A stretch of DNA of 64,000 nt, taken from the NCBI GenBank assembly GCA_937983075.1, contig CALKAQ010000008.1:554-64553 (forward strand), written 5' to 3'. The notes beneath the pieces were generated by a model. It did no database searches and was not told the DNA's origin. It saw nothing but the letters and a program-made list of their open reading frames with translations. Positions within the stretch are counted from its first letter, which is position 1; every line of letters begins with the position of its first letter. Shown piece by piece: positions 44,032-53,921 of this stretch. This stretch comes from an uncultured bacterium. GTDB lineage: Bacteria; Bacillota; Limnochordia; DTU080; JAAYLA01. Made by a program: the position numbers and the translations under genes.

Positions 44032-45264
44032 GTGAACCCTATGGCCCGACCCAACAAGCTGATTGCCTGGGCCTTGTCCCTGACTCTGCTGATGATGAAC
44101 GTTCCCCTCAGCCCTGCCGTTGAGGCTGCGTTCACGGACATTGCGGGGAATTGGGCCAGAGATTCGATTGAAGCTTTGGCCGCGCGCGGCATCATCGGCG
44201 GATATCCCGACAACACGTTTCGGCCGGACGCCCCGGTAACGCGTGGGGAGTTTGCATCTTTGCTGGCAACGGCATTCCCGACTCCGGCAACCGGCGAAAC
44301 CACATTTTCGGACATCGACAACCACTGGGCCCGTGGCGCCATTCAGGCTTTGGCGGATGCCGGATACTTTGAAGGATATCCCGACGGCCGATTCCGCCCG
44401 AACCAGGCGATCACTCGCGCCGAAAGTGCCGTCGCGTTGATTCGGGCGCTGGGTCTAGGTGGTGTTGAAGGTTTCGCCACCGAGGAGGCGGCTACCTTCT
44501 CAGACGTCTCGGTGTCCCACTGGGGTGCAAATGAAATTGAATTGGCCGCTTATTTGTCCCTCTTTCCGCCGTATTTGCGCGATGAACTCGGGCCGGAAGA
44601 AACGTTGACCCGGGCTGAAGCGGCCTGGATGCTGCATAACGCGCTGCGCATCGGCCGCACCGCGGGCACGATAACAATGCACGATGAAACGACCGGTATC
44701 GTTGCGGTACGCACCCACGACGGCCGCGTACGCGATTTTCGCACCGCCGAGCGGGCGACGATTTTGCGCAACTCCGAAATGGCTGATGTGGAACAGCTGC
44801 GCGAGGGCGACGAAGTCTTTGTCGTTTCCGATCGCTTCGGCAATCCCCGCTTGATTGTTGCGGCAGGCAGCGAGCCGCGAACCGACATTGGCTACAAGCT
44901 GCTCAACGTCGTCCAAGGCTTGTTTACTCCTGAAGATTTGCGTGCGATGGCATCCGGCAACTGGAACGTAATTCGGGAACGCACCCGGGAAGCCTTGTAC
45001 ACGTATTTGGTGGAAGAAGCCGACATCGAACCTTATGAGGCGGAAGCGTTGCTGGCGCAGGATTGGGACACGTTGGGTGAAGCGGCCCGGGAACGTCTGA
45101 TCGGCGCGGTATCCGACTACTTCAACGTCGCGCCTGAACTGACAAGAGCTCTATTGGCTCAAGATTGGAAAACCGCGCGTGAACAAGCGCAGCTGGAGCT
45201 GTCACAGCAAGTACTCAATTATTTGTTGCAGCAAATGGAATCAGCGCAAAGCAGAGCCGGCTGA
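44032..45264 (+). CDS. S-layer-homology (SLH) domain protein, secreted
   Basis: Signal peptide followed by three SLH repeats (FTDIAGNWARDSIEALAARGIIGGYPDNTFRPDAPVTRGEFA and two more). Confidence 0.8.
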   Translation: MNPMARPNKLIAWALSLTLLMMNVPLSPAVEAAFTDIAGNWARDSIEALAARGIIGGYPDNTFRPDAPVTRGEFASLLATAFPTPATGETTFSDIDNHWARGAIQALADAGYFEGYPDGRFRPNQAITRAESAVALIRALGLGGVEGFATEEAATFSDVSVSHWGANEIELAAYLSLFPPYLRDELGPEETLTRAEAAWMLHNALRIGRTAGTITMHDETTGIVAVRTHDGRVRDFRTAERATILRNSEMADVEQLREGDEVFVVSDRFGNPRLIVAAGSEPRTDIGYKLLNVVQGLFTPEDLRAMASGNWNVIRERTREALYTYLVEEADIEPYEAEALLAQDWDTLGEAARERLIGAVSDYFNVAPELTRALLAQDWKTAREQAQLELSQQVLNYLLQQMESAQSRAG

Positions 45265-45293
45265 CCAGACGCTTTGGAGCCGAAAACCGAGCG

Positions 45294-45329
45294 GAGGCAC
45301 GACGCTCCCTTCCGGAGCGCCGTGCCTCT
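45294..45329. terminator. Bidirectional terminator hairpin between convergent genes (15-bp stem GAGGCACGACGCTCC/GGAGCGCCGTGCCTC)
   Basis: Direct inspection of the sequence. Confidence 0.55.
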
Positions 45330-45333
45330 GGGC

Positions 45334-46986
45334 TCAATCAATATATACGATGTCACCTTCCACTCGCCAGTTCGCCTGCCCACCCCAAAGCTCGGCGAGG
45401 TAATTTAAAGCTGTGTACACCCGATCACCGCGCACCACTCCCGGAAAAGCGCGCCCTTCAATATAGACAAGTGAAGCAAGCGGATCCCAACCAAAGAGAA
45501 GGCCACGCGCCTCAGCAAAAAAGCGAACAGGAACGTACAGCTCGCCGTCGACCCAAAAGGCGTCCGCACTTTCATCGCCGGCGACGATCTTCGGCACGGT
45601 GATTTCCCCTACCGCGTCGCCCGGACTCCAGTGAATGGTTACGCCGAGCAGCGCGGCCAGCCGATCGTGCGGCATGTAAGCCCGATCAAAAATGATTCGG
45701 CCGCCAAAAAGCGGACGACCGTCCCACACCGCCGCCCCGAGTTCCGGATCCCATTTCAAATCGACGCCGAACTCAGCAGCGAATTCCTTCACGGGCAGCA
45801 GCAGCTGATCCCGGTCGATGAACCCGCGCAACGGCAAATATTCTCCGTCGCGAACAACTCTTGCTGCGTAAAACGCTTCAGATTCGCTGCTTCCGGGAGC
45901 TGCCGGTCGATGTACGAGGCCGAGTGCGGCCGCCGCTGCCGCGGGAGGTGCATACGGCTTTCCGGAAACGACGACGGCGCCGCTGACGATGCGGCCATGA
46001 ACGACCACGTCATTTCCTTGCCGACGCCACGGCAGCTCTTCGCCGAGTGCGTTGCTGAGGGCCAAAAGTGACACCAAATCACGCGTGCCTAATTTGTAGC
46101 CTGCATCCGCCAAGTCCAAGTCGTTTAAAGAAACGGCAAGGCGCAGCGGAATGGGCTGGGGTTGGCCCGATGCTTCATTCAACAGCATCTCGAGTGCGGC
46201 CATGTCGAGGTCGGGTACGTGCAGGCCTTGTTCCGCAAAAACACGCTGGGCATTTTCGACCGTATTGGTGCCGAGCTGGTAAAGATCCGGCACCACTTTC
46301 ATGTAGGGCCGCCGCGTGATCGGATCGACCCAAGCCGTGATGGTTTCGTAAATAAATGTGACAGGGGTACCGATGCTGACATATTCCGCCAATTCTTCGA
46401 CGTCTTCGTTGTACATGCGTATACAACCGGCTGATGCCGCCGTGCCAATGGATTCGGGGCGATTGGTGCCGTGGATGCCGTAGCCCGGCCAGCCGAGGCC
46501 CAGCCAACGAGTCCCCACGGGATTGTCGGGTCCGGGGGGAATCGGGCTCAAACCCCTGCTGTACCAATCGGGCGGATAATATGTGGGATGCGCCACACGG
46601 TTGATGATTTCGGTCCGCCCGAGGCGGGATGGCGAAACGACGTTGCCTATCCCGATAGGATATTCCTTAAACGGGAGGCCATATCGATAGAGATACAGCT
46701 TCATTTCCGGCAAATTGATAATGATTTCGAAACCATTGGGGTCAGCCACAGGGGGCAAGGCTCCTGACACTTGCCCGGATTGCAGTTGTGCCAGCGCGCT
46801 CCCGTTTGGCAGGAAAAACAGCAGCAAAAAACCGAAAACAAAGCTAGTTGGAATCAGACGCCACGAATTTTTCAGAGAAAACGCACCCCCTAGACGTTTT
46901 CCAAGTAACAATGGCAATATTAGCAAAGAAATTCGTTCCAATTTCCCTGAAACCTTCTGCCGGCGTCTTTCACGCATAAAACGCAC
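45334..46986 (-). CDS. L,D-transpeptidase (YkuD domain) with copper-amine-oxidase-N-like stalk repeats
   Basis: GYGIHGTNRPESIGTAASAGCIRM catalytic motif (His…Cys). C-terminal repeats resemble Cu-amine-oxidase N-domain-like cell-wall modules. N-terminal start position is uncertain. Confidence 0.7.
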   Translation of the reverse strand: MRFMRERRRQKVSGKLERISLLILPLLLGKRLGGAFSLKNSWRLIPTSFVFGFLLLFFLPNGSALAQLQSGQVSGALPPVADPNGFEIIINLPEMKLYLYRYGLPFKEYPIGIGNVVSPSRLGRTEIINRVAHPTYYPPDWYSRGLSPIPPGPDNPVGTRWLGLGWPGYGIHGTNRPESIGTAASAGCIRMYNEDVEELAEYVSIGTPVTFIYETITAWVDPITRRPYMKVVPDLYQLGTNTVENAQRVFAEQGLHVPDLDMAALEMLLNEASGQPQPIPLRLAVSLNDLDLADAGYKLGTRDLVSLLALSNALGEELPWRRQGNDVVVHGRIVSGAVVVSGKPYAPPAAAAAALGLVHRPAAPGSSESEAFYAARVVRDGEYLPLRGFIDRDQLLLPVKEFAAEFGVDLKWDPELGAAVWDGRPLFGGRIIFDRAYMPHDRLAALLGVTIHWSPGDAVGEITVPKIVAGDESADAFWVDGELYVPVRFFAEARGLLFGWDPLASLVYIEGRAFPGVVRGDRVYTALNYLAELWGGQANWRVEGDIVYID

Positions 46987-47044
46987 TTAAGCCTTGCCAC
47001 ATCAGACGTGATGTGCTAATATAAAGGAGTCGAACGGGTTCCGC

Positions 47045-47131
47045 GCCGGAGTGGCGGAACTGGCAGACGCGACGGACTCAAAATCCGTTGGGGGCAACCC
47101 CATGTGGGTTCGATTCCCACCTCCGGCACCA
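47045..47131 (+). tRNA. tRNA-Leu (anticodon CAA)
   Basis: Cloverleaf folded by hand. GCCGGAG acceptor stem, CUCAAAA anticodon loop, long variable arm, 3' CCA encoded. A TTGCCA-17-TAATAT promoter lies at 46994–47022. Confidence 0.9.
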
Positions 47132-47135
47132 AAAA

Positions 47136-47166
47136 GGCAACCTCAAAAACGAGGTTGCCTTTTTGC
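47136..47166 (+). terminator. Rho-independent terminator after tRNA-Leu (GGCAACCTC-AAAAAC-GAGGTTGCC + TTTTTG)
   Basis: Direct inspection of the sequence. Confidence 0.8.
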
Positions 47167-47213
47167 TTTGTTCAAAAAAGGGCTGCTCATCGGCAGCCCC
47201 TTGCTTGTTGATC

Positions 47214-48515
47214 TTAGAAGAGAACCGACAAGCCGTGCATGACGAGCTCGATCTCTTCCTGCGTCAACGCCTTGTCAAAAACAGCGATTTCGTCGAGGAG
47301 ACCGTCCCACCAGTCGCCGATCGGCACGCCGGGAGCCTTGGTACCGATGTACAAGCCGACGTTCTGCGGGGAACCGACGTTGCTGCCGATCTTGCTGCCG
47401 CCGGCGCTTTCCTCTGCATACAATTGGCCGTTCAGGTACAGCTTGAGCGAGTCGCCGGAGTAAACCGCTGCGACGTGCTGCCACTGTCCGGGTACGATGG
47501 CGTCAGCCTGATCACGGGCGATGACTTCGTTCGGGTGTGCCTGGAACTTGAATTCGCCGTACTCAAAGAGCAAACGGAAATGGTCGTCAGCCATACCGTA
47601 AACGCCGCCGCCCACCGTACCCGCCTGAATGACACGACGGTTCGGGAATTCCTGCGACGTGTCGGGCAGATCGTCGAGGTAGAACCAAACCGTGATCGTC
47701 ATCTCGGTATCGAGCTGATCAAAGCCGTTCATGGTCGGCACGTGGATGTAATTTTCACCCGGAATGATTTTAGCTGCGCAGTTGAAGCGGCCTTCCGCCC
47801 AAGCCGGCTTGACGAATTGACCATGGTTTCCGTGCATGGAGAAGTCACGAATCGTATCGCCGTTGCATTCGGTCATCAACCATGCAGCGATAACGTGCCC
47901 GGTAAGCGGATGCGGCGTTGCGTCGACTACTTCGGACTTGAGCTCTTCACCCGATGCGCTGACGGCCGACACGATGTAGAAGTATTCCTTGCCATCGACT
48001 AACCCTTCGTCGACAAAGTTCGTGTCGGTGGTGCTGCCCACCTCGACAAAGGGACCGGCAGGCTGTTCGCTGCGGTAAACACGGTATTCAGCAGCTCCGA
48101 ATACGCCGTTCCATCCAAGAAGCACACGCTCTTTCACTCCGTACGCACCGACGCCCGACGGTGCCTCAAGCGGCGGCGTGGTAAACGAGTTGATTTCGCC
48201 TTCCGTTACGTTGCCGCTCCAATCGCTGAGGACAATGCGATAGAAGTAGGTAGTGTTCGGTTCCAACCCGAAAAGGACGTGTCGATGCGTGGTATCGAGC
48301 GAAACGTATTCGGGCGTTGCGTTGCCGAGGCTTTCATCTTTGCCCCACTCGACTCGGCTCATACCGGGGCCGTTGGTCCGGAATACAAATTCCCAGCCAA
48401 GCCGGTCATTCAGTCCCGAACTGACGTCGCCGACAAACTGCGGAGCCGCACTTGCCAGCGCAGCGCTGAGCAAAAGAATGACGAAGGTTAGCGAAAGCTG
48501 AGTCAAACGTTTCAT
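47214..48515 (-). CDS. Secreted protein with two fibronectin type-III domains and a LamG/concanavalin-like lectin domain
   Basis: Start taken at MKRLTQLSLTFVILLLSAALASA (signal peptide). Two FN3-like repeats (…TTYFYRIV…, …EYFYIVSAV…). C-terminal LamG-like region (…LKLYLNGQL…). Confidence 0.65.
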   Translation of the reverse strand: MKRLTQLSLTFVILLLSAALASAAPQFVGDVSSGLNDRLGWEFVFRTNGPGMSRVEWGKDESLGNATPEYVSLDTTHRHVLFGLEPNTTYFYRIVLSDWSGNVTEGEINSFTTPPLEAPSGVGAYGVKERVLLGWNGVFGAAEYRVYRSEQPAGPFVEVGSTTDTNFVDEGLVDGKEYFYIVSAVSASGEELKSEVVDATPHPLTGHVIAAWLMTECNGDTIRDFSMHGNHGQFVKPAWAEGRFNCAAKIIPGENYIHVPTMNGFDQLDTEMTITVWFYLDDLPDTSQEFPNRRVIQAGTVGGGVYGMADDHFRLLFEYGEFKFQAHPNEVIARDQADAIVPGQWQHVAAVYSGDSLKLYLNGQLYAEESAGGSKIGSNVGSPQNVGLYIGTKAPGVPIGDWWDGLLDEIAVFDKALTQEEIELVMHGLSVLF

Positions 48516-48749
48516 TTGAAGTGGTAAGCCTCCCCTTTTTACTGGAACAATCTCATATCCGTTCATGCCCTTGCGACGAGAACGAAAAACAAAAACGGCT
48601 ACGACCAGATGAGTCGCTTTGAGCCCGTTTTTAGAGTCATTCCCCCCTTTTCGAAGTCCAGGGCTCACCGCAGCCTTGCCGGCACCTGGTGAACCCGGCA
48701 GTTATTTTCGGGACAAATGTCACTTCGGCAATTTTCTTTTGATTCCTGT

Positions 48750-48780
48750 TAAAAACAACCCGTTCGTCAAAACGAACGGG
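48750..48780 (-). terminator. Terminator after fxsA (CCCGTTCG-TTTTGA-CGAACGGG + TTGTTTTT on minus strand)
   Basis: Direct inspection of the sequence. Confidence 0.65.
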
Positions 48781-48807
48781 TCACGAATCATAACATCAGT
48801 CGTTGTA

Positions 48808-49203
48808 CTAGCGAAAATAAAGGTGGATCGTGCCTCTTTCGATCCATTGATCGAACTTCCGCCGCAGCCACGCTTTCAGCCGTCGTCTGATGGGCGGTAT
48901 CAAGAGCAGAATTCCGGCGGTGTCGGTGACAAAGCCCGGCACGATCAAAAGGATGCCGCCGAGTAAAATGAATATGCCATCGAGGAGTCCCTCTTCCGGC
49001 ACCCGACCCGCTGCAAGTGACTGACGTATGCGATCAATGACGCCGAGGCCCTGTGCTCGGGCTGCCGCTGCCCCACCAACACCGGTGATGAAGACGAGCG
49101 CAATGACAAACCAACCGTTCCCAAGCCAAATGCCTGCCTGAATGAGCAGATACAGCTCGAGCACCGGGATAAGAAGAAAGAAGAGAGCCAGCCTGCCGAG
49201 CAC
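48808..49203 (-). CDS. fxsA: FxsA cytoplasmic membrane protein
   Basis: LALFFLLIPVLELYLLIQAGIWLG… matches the FxsA family. Start is probably GTG right after the pyk stop. Confidence 0.7.
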   Translation of the reverse strand: MLGRLALFFLLIPVLELYLLIQAGIWLGNGWFVIALVFITGVGGAAAARAQGLGVIDRIRQSLAAGRVPEEGLLDGIFILLGGILLIVPGFVTDTAGILLLIPPIRRRLKAWLRRKFDQWIERGTIHLYFR

Positions 49204-49204
49204 G

Positions 49205-50674
49205 TCAGGATTCCTCCCCGACACGTTGCTGCGGGTCTTCCCAAGGCTCCTCTCCATCTTCCTCAGTGACGATATGCACCTGCAGCAGATTCGTTGAGCC
49301 CGGCACACCCGTCCTCACGCCGGCGGCGATCGCGACCGTGTCGCCGGTTTCAATAATGCCGTTTTTGCGGGCGACGTAAATGGCCGCATCGATGATGTCG
49401 TCGATGTTGCCCAGCGGCGGCACGATAAATGGATGCACTCCCCATGACAGCATCAGTTGCCGCGCGACGTGCTCGTAAGGCGTCAAAGCGACGATGGGCA
49501 CTTTTGGCCGATATTTTGACAGCAGCCGAGCCGTGGCACCCGATTGGGTGGAACACAATATCGCCCGCACGCGCAAATCTTGCACGAGCTCCGACGTCGC
49601 CCGGGCGATGGCTTCGGCAATTGAACCGCCGCTCGCGTGACGCGCTCGATCCAAAAACAGCGGAAAGTCCATGGCCGTTTCGGCGCGCCGCGCGATTTTG
49701 TCCATGACCTCGACGACGCGAACCGGATAGCGTCCGACGGCGGTTTCGCCTGAAAGCATGACGGCGTCCGTGCCGTCGAAAATGGCATTTGCCACATCCG
49801 TTGCTTCCGCTCGGGTTGGACGCGGGCTCCGGACCATGGAATCGAGCATCTGAGTCGCGGTGATCACGGGTTTGCCCGCCTCATTGCACTTTTTGATGAT
49901 GCGCTTTTGCACGATCGGAACGTCTTCGGGCGGGAGCTCGACCCCCATGTCGCCGCGTGCGACCATAATCGCATCGGCGGCGTCGATAATCTCATCCATA
50001 TTTTCAATGCCTTCAGCATTTTCTATTTTTGCGACGACCCGCTGCGTGCCGCCGAATTGCCGGATGATGTCTGCCACGGCTCTGACATGTTCCGCTTTGC
50101 GTACAAATGAGGCGGCAAAAAAATCGACCCCTTGTTCTACGCCGAAACGGATGTGTTCGATGTCACTCTCAGTCAAAGCCGGCAAATCCACCTTGACGCC
50201 CGGCAGCGTTACACCTTTACGCCCTTTGAGAAGACCGCCGGTGACGACACGGCAAAACGCACGGTCGGTTTCCACCCGTTCAACGACAACCTCGATCAAT
50301 CCGTCATCCAAGAATATCGTGGAGCCCTTCTGAATATCATTCAGCAGGTTGTCATAAGCAATATGAATGCAGCCGTCCTTGACCTTTTCCGGGTCGGGAG
50401 AAAAAGCGAGAAGCTCGCCTTCTTCTACTTCTCTCGTGCCTTCGGGCAACAACCCTGTCCGAATTTTCGGACCTTGGATATCGAGCAAAATGCTGACCAT
50501 TTTGTTTTGCTCCGCGCTGGTTGCCCTGATGTTGCGTATACGATTGCGATGTTCTTCCAAAGTGCCGTGCGACAGGTTCAGCCGCGCAATGTTCATTCCC
50601 CGCTGCACCAGTTTGGCAATGACGGTAGGCGATTCAGATGCGGGTCCGATGGTACATACGATCTTCGTTTGGCG
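49205..50674 (-). CDS. pyk: Pyruvate kinase
   Basis: VRQTKIVCTIGPAS N-terminus with GTG start 8 nt after GGGGGA. Full-length PK similarity. Confidence 0.9.
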   Translation of the reverse strand, partial: RQTKIVCTIGPASESPTVIAKLVQRGMNIARLNLSHGTLEEHRNRIRNIRATSAEQNKMVSILLDIQGPKIRTGLLPEGTREVEEGELLAFSPDPEKVKDGCIHIAYDNLLNDIQKGSTIFLDDGLIEVVVERVETDRAFCRVVTGGLLKGRKGVTLPGVKVDLPALTESDIEHIRFGVEQGVDFFAASFVRKAEHVRAVADIIRQFGGTQRVVAKIENAEGIENMDEIIDAADAIMVARGDMGVELPPEDVPIVQKRIIKKCNEAGKPVITATQMLDSMVRSPRPTRAEATDVANAIFDGTDAVMLSGETAVGRYPVRVVEVMDKIARRAETAMDFPLFLDRARHASGGSIAEAIARATSELVQDLRVRAILCSTQSGATARLLSKYRPKVPIVALTPYEHVARQLMLSWGVHPFIVPPLGNIDDIIDAAIYVARKNGIIETGDTVAIAAGVRTGVPGSTNLLQVHIVTEEDGEEPWEDPQQRVGEES

Positions 50675-50757
50675 CACGCTTCGTTTCCCCCATCTCAATA
50701 AAGAGAAGTCATTCGGCACGTTCCGTCGTTGCCGAATGACTTCCGTTTCGTTCAACC

Positions 50758-51768
50758 TCACATATCCGCCAAAAGGTCGGCGAGCGTATACAGTTCCCGG
50801 TCGATTTGTTTCTCGCCCTCGAGCGCTTCCTGGAAGGTCAGGTTGACGATTTTATCGTTTTGGATCCCGACCATGCGCCCCGATTCTCCCTGCAGCAGAA
50901 GCTCGACGGCGGCGCATCCCAAACGGCTCGCTAAAATGCGGTCGGCCGCCGTGGGACTTCCACCGCGCTGCAAGTGACCTAAGACGGTCACCCGGGTTTC
51001 ATACGACGTCAGGCGCGTAATGCGCTCGGCGATTCGGAAAGCGATGGACGCTCCGCTGTTGTCGTCCTCCAATCCGGGTACATCGTGAACTCCCTCGGCG
51101 ACAATGACAATGCTGTGGGCTTTGCCAATTTCATAGGCCCGCTGCAAGCGGCGGCTCAAAGCGGTCATGTCGACAGGCATTTCAGGAATGAGAATTGCCT
51201 CGGCTCCTGCCGCCAAGCCTGAATTGAGTGCAATGTATCCGGCACGACGCCCCATGACCTCTACGACGGAAATACGCTCGTGGCTGGAGGCGGTGTCCCT
51301 GATTTTGTTCACCGCTTCGACGACCGTATTCACCGCCGTGTCGAAGCCGATGGAATAATCGGTGCCGGCAATGTCATTGTCGATGGTTCCGGGAATGCCG
51401 ATAACGGGAATTCCCAAGCGATGCAAATGCTGTGCACCTTGAAAAGAGCCGTCGCCTCCGATGACGATGACGCCATCGATGCCCGCTTTTTGAATTTGTT
51501 CGACCGCCTTTTGCCGCCCTTCGGGGGTCCGGAACTCGTCGGACCGGGCGCTCTTAAGAATGGTGCCGCCACGATGCACCATGACGTCTACGTCGTGGAC
51601 GTTAAACGTGACAAAGCTTCCATAAATCAAGCCGTGGTAGCCGCGTTCCACGCCTACCACTTCGCAACCTTTGGACGCTGCACAGCGCATGGCTGCTCGA
51701 ATGGCCGGATTCATTCCCGGCGCGTCGCCACCGCTGGTAAGGATGGCGACCTTCTTGATTTTCGTCAA
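50758..51768 (-). CDS. pfkA: ATP-dependent 6-phosphofructokinase
   Basis: MTKIKKVAILTSGGDAPGMN, GDGS and MGR motifs. Confidence 0.95.
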   Translation of the reverse strand: MTKIKKVAILTSGGDAPGMNPAIRAAMRCAASKGCEVVGVERGYHGLIYGSFVTFNVHDVDVMVHRGGTILKSARSDEFRTPEGRQKAVEQIQKAGIDGVIVIGGDGSFQGAQHLHRLGIPVIGIPGTIDNDIAGTDYSIGFDTAVNTVVEAVNKIRDTASSHERISVVEVMGRRAGYIALNSGLAAGAEAILIPEMPVDMTALSRRLQRAYEIGKAHSIVIVAEGVHDVPGLEDDNSGASIAFRIAERITRLTSYETRVTVLGHLQRGGSPTAADRILASRLGCAAVELLLQGESGRMVGIQNDKIVNLTFQEALEGEKQIDRELYTLADLLADM

Positions 51769-52826
51769 ACCGGCCCCTCCCCTTCTGTTGCCGTTTGTTC
51801 AATTTTCTCAGGCGTTTCAGTGGGGCCCGGATTGTCGTCAGCGGCGTTGGACAACAACCCATTCTCGACCTGGACTTCAAATGCACCGATGCGGCGATAA
51901 CGTTGGTTCCGCAGTTCGCACAATGTATCAACATCGATGGCATCGAGCTCAGCCAGATGTCTCAAAATTGCTTGCTTCATGCGAGCGGCTACCGCCTTGG
52001 GGTCGCGCTGAGCCCCACCTAACGGTTCTTCAATGATTTCATCTACAATGCCAAAGCCCTTTAAATCTTGGGCGGTAAGTTTGAGTTGTTCCGCTGCCTC
52101 AGGTGCCCGGCTTGAATCGCGCCACAAAATTTGTGCGCACATTTCAGGCGAAATAACGGAGTACCATGCGTTTTCCAGCATGAGCACGCGGTCGCCCACA
52201 CCAATGGCCAGCGCGCCGCCGCTGCCTCCTTCGCCGGTGATGATGCAGATAATGGGCACACGCAATGCAGACATACAGCGGATGGCCTCGGCGATAAGTA
52301 CCCCCTGACCGCGTTCCTCTGCTTCGATGCCCGGATACGCTCCCACAACGTCAATGAGCGAAATAATCGGCCGGCGAAACCGTTCAGCCTGGCGCATAAG
52401 CCGCATCGCTTTGCGATATCCTTCAGGATGAGGCAAGCCGAAGTTGCGGCGTATGTTTTCTTTGGTATCACGCCCTTTTTGAGGGCCGATCACGGTGACG
52501 GGCCGCCCCTCCAAAAGCGCAATTCCGCCGACCAGTGCCGGATCTTCTCGCACTGCGCGGTCCCCATGCAGCTCCAAAAAATCATCAAAGATCATTTCAA
52601 TGTAATCGAGCGTCGTGGGGCGCAGTTTGTGGCGTGCAATTTGCACGCGCTGCCAAGGACTGAGATTGGCGTAAATTTGCTTTCTCAGTCGCTCGGCCTT
52701 TTCCTGCAGGGTCGCAATTTCAGCCGAAAGGTCGATCCCCTCGCTTTCGGTAAACGAACTGAGTTCGGCAATCCGCCGTTCCAGTTCAACGAGGGGCTTT
52801 TCCCATTCGAAAACTCCGTTTACCAA
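51765..52826 (-). CDS. accA: Acetyl-CoA carboxylase carboxyltransferase subunit alpha
   Basis: 353 aa. AccA CT-alpha domain (…GEGGSGGALAIGV…) with an acidic ~30-aa C-terminal extension. Confidence 0.9.
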   Translation of the reverse strand: MVNGVFEWEKPLVELERRIAELSSFTESEGIDLSAEIATLQEKAERLRKQIYANLSPWQRVQIARHKLRPTTLDYIEMIFDDFLELHGDRAVREDPALVGGIALLEGRPVTVIGPQKGRDTKENIRRNFGLPHPEGYRKAMRLMRQAERFRRPIISLIDVVGAYPGIEAEERGQGVLIAEAIRCMSALRVPIICIITGEGGSGGALAIGVGDRVLMLENAWYSVISPEMCAQILWRDSSRAPEAAEQLKLTAQDLKGFGIVDEIIEEPLGGAQRDPKAVAARMKQAILRHLAELDAIDVDTLCELRNQRYRRIGAFEVQVENGLLSNAADDNPGPTETPEKIEQTATEGEGPV

Positions 52827-52848
52827 ACAAGGTCACCTCAATTGGAGC

Positions 52849-53058
52849 CTATGGGCCGATAACACCGCTCAAGACATCGGTCGCTTCTTCGAGCTCGGAT
52901 TCGGGTACAAGCACCTCAAAGCTGCCGCGCTCTTGAAACGCCGGAATTTCTTTGCCGCCGAGAGGGCGGAGTGTCGCCAAAATACCTTCTCCATGAAGAA
53001 TGTCTCGAAGCCTCTCGGCAACCGAACGGTTGGGTGCAATGTACACCACTTTCCACAT
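52849..53058 (-). CDS. DUF2007-like small protein (putative signal-transducing, PII-like fold)
   Basis: 69 aa. MWKVVYIAPNRSVAERLRDILHGEGI…EVLVPESELEEATDVL fits the DUF2007 pattern. Confidence 0.5.
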   Translation of the reverse strand: MWKVVYIAPNRSVAERLRDILHGEGILATLRPLGGKEIPAFQERGSFEVLVPESELEEATDVLSGVIGP

Positions 53059-53218
53059 ACAAAGGGGTCTCCTTTATCGCCACGGGCTCACAAGGTTTGG
53101 CATGCCACAACCATCAAACATTATACCACATGGTGGATACTTACCAGGTTACATCCATGGTTCCTGCCCGCTTGCCACATTTGGCATGTTTCACCCGACG
53201 CCCGCGAAAATGATGGTT

Positions 53219-53443
53219 TCACGTCCGGCCGGACTGAACTTGGCCGTGCCGCGTGTAAATCTCCGCTTTGCCGCGGATCTTCATAGCTGAAGTGTGTTCC
53301 GTAAACTGAGCTATCATCACTTCACCGCGATCCAATTTTTCGGTGTGATGGAATCGGGTGTCTTGTCCACGCGTCAGACCGATAATCGTCACTCCGTCCT
53401 CCAAAGCTTTCACGACAATAAAATCGTTTTGCACGTCCAAGGT
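53219..53443 (-). CDS. Small conserved-looking hypothetical protein (74 aa)
   Basis: TTG start 8 nt downstream of a strong AGGAGG. No family recognised. Confidence 0.4.
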   Translation of the reverse strand, partial: TLDVQNDFIVVKALEDGVTIIGLTRGQDTRFHHTEKLDRGEVMIAQFTEHTSAMKIRGKAEIYTRHGQVQSGRT

Positions 53444-53594
53444 TGAAACCTCCTACCCATTGACGCGGACCAAGCGCATAAGGCGCATAGACCGTTCATC
53501 TCGCCACGTTTTCTGGACGTTTGCGCTTCCTTCCTTCTCGAATAATTCCGCCGCTTCAATCGTACGTTGAAGTAAATGCATTTAGGAGGGAACG

Positions 53595-53921
53595 ATGACG
53601 GCTGCCTTCGGGGGAGATTTGCTGCTCGCTTTTTTCACTGCATTCGGAGTCGTTATCGGCGGAGCCGTGATCGGATCGCTCGCCACACTTCTGACGACCG
53701 GCTCCCCTCTGCACACCATGTATACGCTGGCGCAGTCCGTAAAAGTATGGGCCGTTGTGGTGGCGATGGGAGGAACGTTTCCCGCCATTCGGGCGCTTGA
53801 GTCCGGGTTGGGCGGAGAATTTCTTGTATTGGCCAGACAAGTAGGAACCATTTTAGCCGGCTTTTCCGGCGCATATTGCGGCTATTGGATTATCACGCTG
53901 ATCGCCGGAGGAGGCGAGTGA
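53595..53921 (+). CDS. ytrH: Sporulation membrane protein YtrH-like
   Basis: 108 aa, 3 TM. Resembles B. subtilis YtrH and lies immediately upstream of the ytrI-like gene, as in B. subtilis. Confidence 0.55.
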   Translation: MTAAFGGDLLLAFFTAFGVVIGGAVIGSLATLLTTGSPLHTMYTLAQSVKVWAVVVAMGGTFPAIRALESGLGGEFLVLARQVGTILAGFSGAYCGYWIITLIAGGGE

